This document shows positions 1 through 9,112 of a stretch of 19,861 nucleotides of DNA, one piece after another. The position numbers and the translations under genes are program-made. The notes under the pieces are model-generated. The model ran no database searches. It was not told the DNA's origin and saw only the letters and a list, made by a program, of their open reading frames with translations. Positions within the stretch are counted from its first letter, which is position 1. Every line of letters starts with the position of its first letter. The DNA comes from Gemmatimonadota bacterium (GTDB lineage: Bacteria > Latescibacterota > UBA2968 > UBA8231), in NCBI GenBank assembly GCA_038153405.1, contig JAYOYH010000069.1, positions 1-19,861 of the forward strand. The letters run 5' to 3'.

Positions 1-17
1 ACGGAGCCTGGATAAGC

Positions 18-953
18 ATGTCCGATTTTCCGCTATTTCCCGAACAGGCATCGACGATTGCATGGCAAGTTGATGCGCTGTACGGATTATTGCTTGCGCT
101 AACCCTGTTTTTCTGCGTGCTCGTTTTTGGGCTGGTCATCGTCTTTGCCCTTAAGTATCGTCGGAAATCCGAAGACGAAGTGCCAGAGCAGATCCACGGT
201 TCGATCCCGCTCGAGTTAGCGTGGACCATCATCCCCCTGTTTATGGCCATCGGCGTATTTACCGTTGGCGCCGACGTGTTCTTTCGTTTGCAGCGAGCTC
301 CTGCCGACCCGCTCGAGGTGTACGTCGTCGGCAAGCAGTGGATGTGGAAAGTCCAGCACGAGGCGGGCAAGCGCGAGATTAACGCATTGCACGTCCCAGT
401 CGGACAACCCGTGCGTCTTACAATGACATCGGAAGACGTTTTGCACGACTTCTTCATTCCGGCTTTCCGCGTCAAGAAAGACGTTATCCCCGGTCGCTAC
501 ACCACCATGTGGTTTGAAGCGACTAAGGTTGGCGAATACCACCTCTTCTGCGCCGAGTTCTGTGGCACACAGCACGCCTATATGGTCGGCAAAGTCATTG
601 CTATGGAACCGGGTGATTACCACGACTGGCTGATGGGCGGCGCTGCCGCCTCCGAGACGATGGAAGAGGCCGGCGCGCGCCAGTTTGCCCAACTGGGTTG
701 CGAGACCTGCCACAAAAACAATTCGAGCGGGCGCGGTCCGACGCTGGTGGGCATTTACGACGAGCCCCGCAAACTAAATACGGGCCGCGAGGTTATCGCT
801 GACGTCGACTATATCCGCGAATCGATTCTTCAGCCCAAGGCAAAGATCGTCGATGGCTACGATCCCATCATGCCCGTTTTTGAAGGGCAAATCAGCGAGC
901 AATCGCTGCTGCAAATCGTCGCCTATATCAAATCCCTGAACGAGAGCGAATAA
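18..953 (+). CDS. coxB: Cytochrome c oxidase subunit II with fused C-terminal cytochrome c domain (caa3-type)
   Basis: Two N-terminal TM helices, LELAWTIIP, KQWMW, DVLHDFFIP, CuA motif CAEFCGTQHAYM, then heme c motif CETCH and a distal PIMP Met ligand. Confidence 0.96.
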   Translation: MSDFPLFPEQASTIAWQVDALYGLLLALTLFFCVLVFGLVIVFALKYRRKSEDEVPEQIHGSIPLELAWTIIPLFMAIGVFTVGADVFFRLQRAPADPLEVYVVGKQWMWKVQHEAGKREINALHVPVGQPVRLTMTSEDVLHDFFIPAFRVKKDVIPGRYTTMWFEATKVGEYHLFCAEFCGTQHAYMVGKVIAMEPGDYHDWLMGGAAASETMEEAGARQFAQLGCETCHKNNSSGRGPTLVGIYDEPRKLNTGREVIADVDYIRESILQPKAKIVDGYDPIMPVFEGQISEQSLLQIVAYIKSLNESE

Positions 954-959
954 GAGGAC

Positions 960-2636
960 ATGACAGCCATGAGTGCTGAGGCAAACGGCCATCACAAGGC
1001 AAAGAACTACCTGAACGAGACCTACGGGATCAAGTCCTGGTTACTCACCCTAGACCACAAGCGCATTGGCATACTCTACCTGCTGACGCTGACGGCTTTC
1101 TTTATAGTCGGTGGCATTTTTGCCAGTCTGGTTCGCCTGGAGCTCATGACTCCTAAAGGCGACTTTTTCGAAGCCAACACCTACAACAAGCTGTTCACCA
1201 TGCACGGCGTGGTGATGATTTTCTTCTTTCTGATCCCGTCCATACCTGCCGTATTGGGCAACTTTCTCCTGCCCCTGCAACTGGGGGCTCGCGACGTGGC
1301 TTTCCCCCGCCTCAACCTGTTGAGCTACTACCTCTACACGGGCGGTGGCATATTCGCGCTTTTGGCCATCGTCATGGGCGGCGTCGACACGGGTTGGACC
1401 TTCTACACGCCCTATAGCAGCACCTACTCGAATTCGTTTGTCGCCCTGGCTCTGGTGGGGGTTTTTATCAATGGCTTTTCGTCCATTCTCACCGGCGTCA
1501 ACTTTATTGTGACCATCCACAAGATGCGCGCACCAGGGCTGACGTGGTTCCGCCTGCCGCTCTTTATATGGGCGCATTACGCAACCAGCTTGATTCAGGT
1601 TCTCGGCACACCCGTCATCGCCATTACCTTGCTACTGGTCACTTTCGAGCGCGTCTTCAACATCGGCATCTTTAATCCGACCCTCGGCGGCGACCCGGTG
1701 CTGATGCAGCACCTATTCTGGTTCTATTCGCATCCCGCCGTCTATATTATGATTCTTCCGGGCTTCGGCGTCATTAGCGAAGTGGTCGCCTGTTTCTCGC
1801 GCAAGCGCGTCTTTGGCTACTCCTTTATCGCCTTTTCGTCGCTGGCCATTGCCGTGCTGGGCTTTCTGGTCTGGGGCCACCACATGTTTGTGGCCGGTCA
1901 ATCGACCTACGCCGGCATGGTTTTTTCTTTTCTCACCTTCCTGGTGGCGGTGCCGTCGGCCATTAAGATATTCAACTGGGCTTTTACCCTTTATAAGGGT
2001 TCCGTCTCACTCGAGTCGCCCATGTTATACGTGCTGGGCTTTATCGGCCTGTTTACGATCGGCGGCCTCACCGGCCTCTTTCTAGCGACAATGGGGCTCG
2101 ATGTGCACATGCACGATACGTACTTCGTCGTTGCCCATTTTCACTATGTCATGGTCGGCGGTATGGTAATGGCCTTTCTCTGCGGCCTGCACTTTTGGTG
2201 GCCGAAAATTACCGGTAAAATGTACTCCGAGCCGATGGCTAAGCTGGGTGTCTTCCTGGTTTTTGCCGGTTTTAACCTGACGTTCTTACCCCAGTTTGTC
2301 CTCGGCTATTTGGGCATGCCACGCCGCTATCACACCTACCCCGAAGAATGGCAGGCGCTCAACGTTATGTCCTCTGCCGGCGCCAGCGTGTTGGGCCTTG
2401 GATTTACGATTACCATTTTCTATTTCCTCTGGTCGGCCCTCAAGGGACCAAAGGCCGAAGCCAATCCCTACGGCGCCAAGGGCCTTGAATGGGAAGCCAT
2501 GGATTCCCCGCCCATCGCGCATAATTTTATCGACATACCGACGGTCGTGGATGAAGCCTATGCCTACGGGCCGGCACACGGCGAACACGCTCATTCTGAG
2601 AGCAATGAACCTGTCAAGGAGGAAGAAGTTGTCTGA
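960..2636 (+). CDS. ctaD: Cytochrome c oxidase subunit I (heme-copper oxidase, type A2)
   Basis: [34 protein letters not shown] and VVAHFHY ligand motifs. RBS AAGAGG precedes the ATG. Confidence 0.97.
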   Translation: MTAMSAEANGHHKAKNYLNETYGIKSWLLTLDHKRIGILYLLTLTAFFIVGGIFASLVRLELMTPKGDFFEANTYNKLFTMHGVVMIFFFLIPSIPAVLGNFLLPLQLGARDVAFPRLNLLSYYLYTGGGIFALLAIVMGGVDTGWTFYTPYSSTYSNSFVALALVGVFINGFSSILTGVNFIVTIHKMRAPGLTWFRLPLFIWAHYATSLIQVLGTPVIAITLLLVTFERVFNIGIFNPTLGGDPVLMQHLFWFYSHPAVYIMILPGFGVISEVVACFSRKRVFGYSFIAFSSLAIAVLGFLVWGHHMFVAGQSTYAGMVFSFLTFLVAVPSAIKIFNWAFTLYKGSVSLESPMLYVLGFIGLFTIGGLTGLFLATMGLDVHMHDTYFVVAHFHYVMVGGMVMAFLCGLHFWWPKITGKMYSEPMAKLGVFLVFAGFNLTFLPQFVLGYLGMPRRYHTYPEEWQALNVMSSAGASVLGLGFTITIFYFLWSALKGPKAEANPYGAKGLEWEAMDSPPIAHNFIDIPTVVDEAYAYGPAHGEHAHSESNEPVKEEEVV

Positions 2637-3297
2637 CGCTGCACATTCTCTCGGTCGCGCCCATCACTTTGAGACTGCCGAACAACAATACGAGTCGGCA
2701 ACGCTGGGCATGTGGGCTTTTATCGTCCAGGAAATCCTCTTTTTTGGTGGTTTGTTTGGCGGCTATACCGTCTATCGCAATCTGTATATCGATGCCTTTA
2801 CCGCCGGTAGCCACCAGCTCGATATCTTTTGGGGCGGGCTTAACACTGCCGTTCTCATCGGCAGCAGTTTGACGATGGCGCTGGCCGTACGCTGCGCGCA
2901 AAAGGGCGAGCGCAACTCCATTATCAACTGGATCGTGGCCACGATCATTCTTGGCTTCGCCTTTCTCGGCGTCAAATACATCGAATACAGCCACAAATGG
3001 CACGACAATCTCGTGCCCGGCTCATCCTTTGAGTGGAACAATCCTGACTATCTCCACGTTGCCGGTGGACAGGTGAAGATTTTCTTTTCCTTCTACTTTG
3101 TTATGACGGGTATGCACGCCTTGCATATGATTATTGGGGTGGGCATTATGCTGTGGATGATCGTCAAGGTGCGGCGCAGGGAGATTAACGAGCACTATTT
3201 CACACCGATTGAAATTAGCGGTCTCTATTGGCACTTTGTCGATATCGTGTGGATTTTCCTCTTTCCCCTGCTCTATCTCATCGGCCGCCACCATTAA
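2629..3297 (+). CDS. ctaE: Cytochrome c oxidase subunit III
   Basis: [42 protein letters not shown] and [19 protein letters not shown]. Start moved from 2296 to the in-frame TTG at 2629, which has RBS AAGGAGG (2616-2622) and overlaps the subunit I stop. Confidence 0.93.
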   Translation: MSDAAHSLGRAHHFETAEQQYESATLGMWAFIVQEILFFGGLFGGYTVYRNLYIDAFTAGSHQLDIFWGGLNTAVLIGSSLTMALAVRCAQKGERNSIINWIVATIILGFAFLGVKYIEYSHKWHDNLVPGSSFEWNNPDYLHVAGGQVKIFFSFYFVMTGMHALHMIIGVGIMLWMIVKVRRREINEHYFTPIEISGLYWHFVDIVWIFLFPLLYLIGRHH

Positions 3298-3314
3298 GAA
3301 AGAACCGTTTCGCT

Positions 3315-3632
3315 ATGTCTGACCACCATATCGTACCGCTCAAAATTTACTTCCTCATATTTTCGGCCCTCCTCATTGGCACGGTGATTACCGTAGCCGT
3401 GGCCTTTGTCGATATGGGCTTTCTCAATACGCCCGTTGCGCTTATTATCGCCCTCGTCAAAGCCTCATTGGTCATCCTCTACTTCATGCACGTAAAGTAC
3501 AGCCATAAACTGGTCGGGCTCTTTGCATTTGCCGGTTTTTTCTGGCTGATTATCATGCTGGCCATGACGATGCAGGACTATTATACGCGCGGCTGGGAAG
3601 AGCCGGTGCCCATAGAATTTCTGTCTGAATAG
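3315..3632 (+). CDS. ctaF: Cytochrome c oxidase subunit IV (caa3-type, 3 TM)
   Basis: MSDHHIVPLKIY N-terminus, KASLVILYFMHVKY motif and three hydrophobic helices. ATG 3315 avoids a long overlap with subunit III. Confidence 0.88.
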   Translation: MSDHHIVPLKIYFLIFSALLIGTVITVAVAFVDMGFLNTPVALIIALVKASLVILYFMHVKYSHKLVGLFAFAGFFWLIIMLAMTMQDYYTRGWEEPVPIEFLSE

Positions 3633-3653
3633 GCCCCTTCCGACACTCTATGC

Positions 3654-3693
3654 AAAAAGGCCCCCGTCCCAAGCTGGACGGGGGCCTTTTTTT
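3654..3693. terminator. Bidirectional rho-independent terminator
   Basis: AAAAA-GGCCCCCGTCC-caagct-GGACGGGGGCC-TTTTTTT: a perfect 11-bp GC-rich stem with A and T tracts on either side, between the convergent cox and groES-like genes. Confidence 0.93.
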
Positions 3694-3714
3694 GCGCGTG
3701 CTATTCGCGTTAGA

Positions 3715-4080
3715 TCAGAGAATATCGCGTATGAGGGCGAGAATCGACGAATGCGAGACAATTAGAAACTTTTCGTCGTCAAATTTCACCTCAATAGCCT
3801 CTTTGCGCAGGAATATGGCGTGGTCGCCCTTCTTGGCCTGTAGCGGGATATAGCGCATCTGTTCGCCATTTTCCTCGCTCCACGGAGCACCGTCATCCTC
3901 GCCGCGCGGAGGCAGAATTAACCCCGGCCCCACTTCCTCAACGCGCCCGCTCTGCACATCCTCGCGCTCGAGCGCGGTAGGTGGCAAATATAGGCCGACC
4001 GCCGTTCGTTCTTCCTTATCATCCAAGCGAATCAAAACGCGATCGCCCACGACAAAAAGCTCTTTATCGCCTCGAATCAT
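3715..4080 (-). CDS. GroES/Cpn10-family co-chaperonin homolog (stand-alone, long insertion)
   Basis: GDRVLI, EERTAVGLYLP (mobile loop), GRVEEVGPG, KKGD and FLIVSHSSILA match the Cpn10 pattern. RBS AAGGAG. Confidence 0.88.
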   Translation of the reverse strand: MIRGDKELFVVGDRVLIRLDDKEERTAVGLYLPPTALEREDVQSGRVEEVGPGLILPPRGEDDGAPWSEENGEQMRYIPLQAKKGDHAIFLRKEAIEVKFDDEKFLIVSHSSILALIRDIL

Positions 4081-4110
4081 GTATCACTCCTTCCTATCGC
4101 GCTATAAAAT

Positions 4111-5322
4111 TTACGAAGCCAGCTGCAAGCATTCCTCATACCGCTCAAAGTGCTCGCCCTCGAGTTCGTCCGGATCGACATACTTGAGCCAGAGCGCGCT
4201 GTCCTTGCGCTTTCCGCTCAGTTCCCTGCGACTGCCCAAATTGGTTGGATCCTCTCCGCTCCAGACGACTTCCCCGTCTTGCATATAGACGAACTGGCCG
4301 CGGTATCTATCAATTATTTTCGCCTGTTCTTCGCGGTAAATGAGTCCCTGTTCACAGGTTGTGCGGCGCCAGCTATCCACCGTTTCACCCGAGTCCGTTT
4401 CCACCGAATCAAATTCGGCTAAGGGGCCCTGTACTTCGCTGACATAATCGATTTCATCGAGTTCGAGCGTGCCAAATCCCCGCTGTGCAGCAATGAGGAG
4501 ATGGTTGCGGTCCCGGCGAAAAGGGGGCGTGGGCCAATCAGAATGGGGATCGTGTCCCATTAGCGCCATACCGCACACGTCTGTCGCCACGCAGTGGTCT
4601 CCGGCCACAAGCGCATTGCAAATACGGCCCTCCCCTCCCCACTCTCGGCCCCATTGCCCGGTCAAGCCATCGATAATATTCAAGCACGGCTGCGTAATCA
4701 GGCCGAGGTCGGGTAATACGTAGGAGAGGCGAATTAAGTGGTGATAATACGAACGCGTGCGCCCTTGAGGCGGAATCATCGGCGGCAGGCCAAAGAGATT
4801 CTTCATCGTCAGGGTAATGCCCATAAAGGCGTGATTTTTCATTTTGGCGATGGAAACCACTTCGTCTGCTTCGGCAAAGACGGCATTCAGCACGTATTGA
4901 TCGAACATCGACCCGCCGCCGGGTACGCGATATTCGGCAAAGGGCGGCAGGTTGGAATCGACATAGCGCACGCCGTATTCCTCGAGGATATGGCGATAAT
5001 TGAAGTCCTCGGGTGTGACAAAGCCATTGCCGTAGGGAAAGGTATCGGTGGCGATTAATTCGGCCTCCGTGCGCTCGCGCAATAGGCGCAGCACGGCGCG
5101 GGCGACGGCATCGTCGACCAACTCGCGGCGACGCCCGGCAAAATAGGCAATGGCCTCCCGCTTTTTGATCATATTGAATTTGAGAACGATTTTTTTGGCC
5201 TTTTCCAACTTGGCCCACGAGCGCGCTAGGGGATCTGTAGTCCGTTTTAGCACTTGGTATATCTCGTCCTCAGTCGCTCGATAATCGCAGTGCGAAGCCC
5301 GCACCGCATACGCCTTTTCCAT
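4111..5322 (-). CDS. DUF362 domain-containing protein with an extra C-terminal domain
   Basis: KIVLKFN, KMKNHAFMGITLTMKNLFG, LNIIDGL and AGDHCVATDVCGMALMG match the DUF362 pattern. RBS GAGGA. Confidence 0.82.
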   Translation of the reverse strand: MEKAYAVRASHCDYRATEDEIYQVLKRTTDPLARSWAKLEKAKKIVLKFNMIKKREAIAYFAGRRRELVDDAVARAVLRLLRERTEAELIATDTFPYGNGFVTPEDFNYRHILEEYGVRYVDSNLPPFAEYRVPGGGSMFDQYVLNAVFAEADEVVSIAKMKNHAFMGITLTMKNLFGLPPMIPPQGRTRSYYHHLIRLSYVLPDLGLITQPCLNIIDGLTGQWGREWGGEGRICNALVAGDHCVATDVCGMALMGHDPHSDWPTPPFRRDRNHLLIAAQRGFGTLELDEIDYVSEVQGPLAEFDSVETDSGETVDSWRRTTCEQGLIYREEQAKIIDRYRGQFVYMQDGEVVWSGEDPTNLGSRRELSGKRKDSALWLKYVDPDELEGEHFERYEECLQLAS

Positions 5323-5376
5323 TACGCATCCTCGCTTTTGTTGAGGGTATTCAATGGGGAGGGCAACGCCAGCTCC

Positions 5377-6723
5377 CTAGTCATTTGGCGCCGGGGCGCT
5401 GAGGACGCCCACGGCGCGCTCCAACAACACCAGACTCATGGCGCGATCGCGCCGAGCCAGCGCCAATCCCGTGCGCGATTCGACGAGGGCGAGCTGCGCG
5501 TTAAGCACTTCAAGCTGCGTGCCGGCCCCCGTTTTAAAACGCGATTCCGCGATATCTAATCCCTTTTCTGCCTGAGCAACGGCATCTTGCTGTGCCGCTA
5601 TACGGGCGCTTACTTCGCGCCAGCGATGCCAGTTCTGCTCGACTTCGAGCCGTATCTGGCGCTCCATCCTCCTCTGCTGATACTCGGTTTGCTGCACGGC
5701 CGCTCGTGCCTGAGCAACGCGGGAACCGCTGCGCATCCCATCAAAGACGGCCATCTGCATGACAAGCCCCGTTCCCCAGTTTTTTCTCCAAGCCCGATCG
5801 CCCACATCCAACTCATCGCTTTGAAACTGCGACTGGCCGCTGGCCACCAAAGTCAGCGTCGGACGCTTTTCGGCTCGTTCGACGGCGACGTTATCGACCT
5901 GCTGCTGCCTGCGATAGTCCAGGAGCGCCAATTCGGAACGCTCTGTCATAGCCTTTTGCACCAGGGCGGGCAGTGCTTCCAGATCGAGGTCTGAATCCGT
6001 GCGAAAATCCCCGGTGAAGGCTACGTCTTCTTCGAGATCCATGCCGATGACATCGCGAAAGGCCATTTCGGCCAGCAGCGATTCGCTTTGGGCGCGTATA
6101 GAATCGGCAGACGTGGTAGATACTTGCACTTCGGCTCTGAGCGCATCGTACTGCGACGACCGCCCCGCCTTAATGCGCGCGCGCACCTGTTCGAGATTAG
6201 CGCGGGCACTGCGCAGGGCCAAATTGGCCACTTCGGCCAACTCGCGGCGCACGAGCACATCGTAGAATGCGCCCTCTACGGTGGCAATCACTTCCCGACT
6301 TGCCCGGCGCGTCGCCTCGGATGTGGCGGCTACTTCGCTGCGGGCAATCGAGCGCAGAGCGCTGTTGCGCCCCCCCGAGTAGAGCACCTGCCGCGCGCTC
6401 AGCGCAGCCGTGATATTGTTTTCTGAACCAATTTTAACGGTATTGCCGTTGAACACGAGGGTCGGCAACAGCCAGTTGCGATCGTAGTCGAGCGTCGCAT
6501 CAAGGCGCGGCAGGCTCGTTGAACGCGCCTCGCGAACCCCTTCTTGGGCGCGCACTTCTTCTAAGCTGCTAATGAGCACCTGCTCATTTTTCTCCAGAGC
6601 CATGGCAATGGCCTCGACCAAGCTCATCGACGCCGCCCCAGCGGGAATGGCTGTTCCGGCGAGATATAGCACGGCGGCACCGGTGAAGTATTTCATTTTG
6701 CTAATCAATGTATATGCACTCAT
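5377..6723 (-). CDS. TolC-family outer membrane efflux protein
   Basis: Signal peptide, MSLVEAIAMALEKN, SLPRLD, LYSGG, RPTLTL, VFDG and RFKTGAGTQLEVLNAQ, arranged as two OEP repeats. RBS GAGGA. Confidence 0.9.
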   Translation of the reverse strand: MSAYTLISKMKYFTGAAVLYLAGTAIPAGAASMSLVEAIAMALEKNEQVLISSLEEVRAQEGVREARSTSLPRLDATLDYDRNWLLPTLVFNGNTVKIGSENNITAALSARQVLYSGGRNSALRSIARSEVAATSEATRRASREVIATVEGAFYDVLVRRELAEVANLALRSARANLEQVRARIKAGRSSQYDALRAEVQVSTTSADSIRAQSESLLAEMAFRDVIGMDLEEDVAFTGDFRTDSDLDLEALPALVQKAMTERSELALLDYRRQQQVDNVAVERAEKRPTLTLVASGQSQFQSDELDVGDRAWRKNWGTGLVMQMAVFDGMRSGSRVAQARAAVQQTEYQQRRMERQIRLEVEQNWHRWREVSARIAAQQDAVAQAEKGLDIAESRFKTGAGTQLEVLNAQLALVESRTGLALARRDRAMSLVLLERAVGVLSAPAPND

Positions 6724-6834
6724 TTCGCTTCCTCAGAGAACTTCCTTTCGGCACGACTTCCGCTTTGGACTATATTTGCAACCCCACCCCCTCGCGGGCC
6801 AACGCCCTCCCTCTTTGCTCCCGGTCCTCGAACG

Positions 6835-7179
6835 CTACGCGTCGCGGCCTTCGCGTTCCTCCTGCTTCCGCAGCATGGAGCGGACCGTATGGGCCGTGCG
6901 CGCCGCCTGCTGCGACGTCAATTTTTGCACGCGCGTGCGCACTTCGTTTTGCTCGGCAACCAGTTCGGTGAAGTCCGATTCGCGTATGCTGGAGTGAACT
7001 TCAGCGACGATATGCACGCCCTGACGCACGCGCAGAAATCGCCAATACCCCCATCCTAGAAGGCTAAAGACGCCGAGGCCAACCAGTATCGCCCAGTGCA
7101 GCGATCCAGTAAGAGCCCACACTTGCCCTCCGGCCAGTAGAGCTAAACCGCCTATTAGCAGCGCTATGAGAAATCCCAT
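6835..7179 (-). CDS. Hypothetical 114-aa membrane protein (2 N-terminal TM helices, helical tail resembling the FliF C-terminus)
   Basis: ATG 7179 is preceded by AGGGGG. Two hydrophobic segments are followed by basic RFLRVR and a charged helical tail. The ORF fills the gap between tolC and an AT-rich promoter region. Confidence 0.72.
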   Translation of the reverse strand: MGFLIALLIGGLALLAGGQVWALTGSLHWAILVGLGVFSLLGWGYWRFLRVRQGVHIVAEVHSSIRESDFTELVAEQNEVRTRVQKLTSQQAARTAHTVRSMLRKQEEREGRDA

Positions 7180-7352
7180 TATGGCCCCCCTGGGCAACGA
7201 ATGCTGCGGGTAAAAGACAAAGCCTTCGCGCATTGCCCGCATTAGCACGAGGTAGTTAATATAAGTATATTTGTCGTTTTAAAATATGTTAGCGCGCTCA
7301 ATCGCCGCAGCCTGCATCAAACGACAGCAAAGATTCAATAAAGGAGCCACTC

Positions 7353-8639
7353 GTGCACATACAGGAGATTCGCGTCACCCCCATTGCCATTTCCGATCCC
7401 CCCCTTCTCAATGCAGCAGGTCTGCACGCTCCCTATGCGCTGCGCACGATCATTGAGCTCATTGATGACCACGGCATAACGGGACTCAGCGAAATCCCCG
7501 GCAGCCAAGCGATTACGGAGACCCTACAATCGGCGGCAGACATCCTCGTCGGACAGGACCCCTTTGATCTACAGCGCATATTCGAGCGTTTAACGGAGCG
7601 CTTTGACCAGCGCGAGGGAGACCAGCGCGGCCAAGCGCCCTGGGACCAGCGCACACTAGTCCACATCTTTAGCGCTATTGAAGTAGCGTGCTTGGACCTG
7701 ATTGGCAAGACCGTTGACCGTCCCGTGGTTGATCTGCTCGGTGGGCGCTGCCGCGATCGCGTGCCCTTCTCCGCCTACCTCTTTATCAAGCGCGAAGGAG
7801 CCGGTGGGCCGCTCGAATTTGCCACCGATCCACAGGCCCAGAACTGGGCCGCTGCCCGCCAGGCCGAGGCTCTCTCACCCGAGGGCGTGGTCGCACAGGC
7901 ACAGGCGATGTGCGCCGAATTTGGCTTTCAGTCGATTAAGTTAAAGGGAGGCGCCCTATCTCCCGAAGCGGAAGTAGACTGCATACTCGCCCTGCGCGAG
8001 GCCTTTGGCGGCGACACTCCCCTGCGCCTTGATCCCAATGCCATATGGAGCGTGGATACGGCCATCAAATGGGGCAAGAAGATGGAGGGCGTGCTGGAAT
8101 ACTACGAGGACCCTACGCGCGGCCAAGAGAATATGGCCAAGGTCCGCAGCGCGCTGAACATACCACTGGCGACGAATATGTGCACCACGTCCTTTGGCGA
8201 TTTGCCGGGCAGCATAGCATGCGGTTCGGAAGACATTATTTTGGCAGACCACCACTACTGGGGTGGCCTGCGCGCATCGGTGGAGTTGGGGAGAATTTGC
8301 CAAACGTTTAACCGCGGCCTTTCCATGCACTCAAACAGCCACGTCGGCATTTCGCTGGCGGCAATGACCCATCTAGCAGCGGCCGTACCCAACCTGACCT
8401 ACGCCGTAGACACGCACTACCCGTGGCAATCCGAAGAGGTCATTCAAGGGGGGCGCTTGCACTTTGAAGACGGCTCGTTGGCCGTGCCCGAGGGGGCGGG
8501 GTTAGGCGTCGAATTGGATCGCGAAGCGCTTGAACAGCTGCACCAAAACTATCTGGAGTGCGGATTAACCCATCGAGACGACGAGATCGAAATGCAGAAA
8601 ATCGAACCGGGATGGCGCTTCTTAGCTACGCGCTGGTAG
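7353..8639 (+). CDS. Glucarate dehydratase-family enzyme (enolase superfamily, GudD/GudX-like)
   Basis: DPPLLNAAGLH, SAYLF, catalytic KLKGG, metal ligands in RLDPN / YYEDP / ATNM, MHSNSH and DTHYPW. GTG start with AAGGAG. Confidence 0.88.
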   Translation: MHIQEIRVTPIAISDPPLLNAAGLHAPYALRTIIELIDDHGITGLSEIPGSQAITETLQSAADILVGQDPFDLQRIFERLTERFDQREGDQRGQAPWDQRTLVHIFSAIEVACLDLIGKTVDRPVVDLLGGRCRDRVPFSAYLFIKREGAGGPLEFATDPQAQNWAAARQAEALSPEGVVAQAQAMCAEFGFQSIKLKGGALSPEAEVDCILALREAFGGDTPLRLDPNAIWSVDTAIKWGKKMEGVLEYYEDPTRGQENMAKVRSALNIPLATNMCTTSFGDLPGSIACGSEDIILADHHYWGGLRASVELGRICQTFNRGLSMHSNSHVGISLAAMTHLAAAVPNLTYAVDTHYPWQSEEVIQGGRLHFEDGSLAVPEGAGLGVELDREALEQLHQNYLECGLTHRDDEIEMQKIEPGWRFLATRW

Positions 8640-8880
8640 CAACCAAACCGCGCTCTATGAGCCAGGATTGCACCTCGTCAGAGCCGACGTCGGCCAGCAT
8701 GACGCCGTCAATTTCCACGCAGGGCGAAGAAGATTGGCCGCTCTTGGACACCATTTGCTCGTAGGCTAACGGGTCCCGTGTAATATCCATGGCCTCGTAC
8801 GAGAGGCCGTATTTCTCCAAGACGGCGACGACGCCTGGCGACCAGGGACAATACGGATTGAGATATGCTGTTATCTTCAT
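8626..8880 (-). CDS. Glutaredoxin-family protein (monothiol CPWS)
   Basis: 84 aa with CPWS active site, KSGQSSSPCVEIDG (cis-Pro region) and LADVG. Has its own RBS and promoter; 14-bp convergent overlap with the dehydratase gene. Confidence 0.85.
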   Translation of the reverse strand: MKITAYLNPYCPWSPGVVAVLEKYGLSYEAMDITRDPLAYEQMVSKSGQSSSPCVEIDGVMLADVGSDEVQSWLIERGLVATSA

Positions 8881-8918
8881 GAGGACCTTTCTTCAGTGAC
8901 GGCATAAACCCCACCGAA

Positions 8919-8946
8919 AATATACCCCGAATTCTGCCGATGTCAA
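8919..8946 (-). promoter_or_regulatory. Putative sigma70 promoter for the glutaredoxin gene
   Basis: Minus strand TTGACA (8946-8941) - 16 nt - TATATT (8924-8919). Confidence 0.55.
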
Positions 8947-9058
8947 TCAGGCAATCATTTTTAAGTTATTTATTTTCATAAGTATAGGATTTTTTTATTA
9001 CGGGCCTATTTTTGCGCAGATTCGAGCCCAACCGACTCCAATCAGCACCTCAACTTAC

Positions 9059-9087
9059 TTGACTAACGCCCTTCCTCTCGGTAATTT
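9059..9087 (+). promoter_or_regulatory. Putative sigma70 promoter for fliG
   Basis: TTGACT (9059-9064) - 17 nt - TAATTT (9082-9087). Confidence 0.55.
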
Positions 9088-9112
9088 GCTTACGAAGCAA
9101 TCGAGGACAAAC

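Noticed and set aside
2296..2628. N-terminal extension of the subunit III ORF (333 aa in the track)
   Set aside because: It overlaps subunit I in another frame and does not look like protein. TTG 2629 has a strong RBS.
2570..2670. His-rich segments at the cox subunit I/III junction
   Set aside because: His-rich termini are common in this oxidase group and do not indicate a separate feature.
4538..5218. 226-aa alternative-frame ORF inside DUF362, and similar shadow ORFs such as 216-713, 1050-1577, 13163-13756 and 14301-14789
   Set aside because: They lie largely within well-supported genes, are Arg/Ala-rich and lack motifs, as expected for off-frame ORFs in GC-rich DNA.
7272..7326. Inverted repeat TGTCGTTT...AAACGACA in the divergent promoter region
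   Set aside because: 8-bp arms separated by 39 nt are too far apart for a typical operator and compatible with chance. No regulator gene is nearby.
8917..8943. Second sigma28-like element (GCCGATGT)
   Set aside because: A weaker match far from fliG. The same bases are better explained by the minus-strand TTGACA promoter of the glutaredoxin gene.
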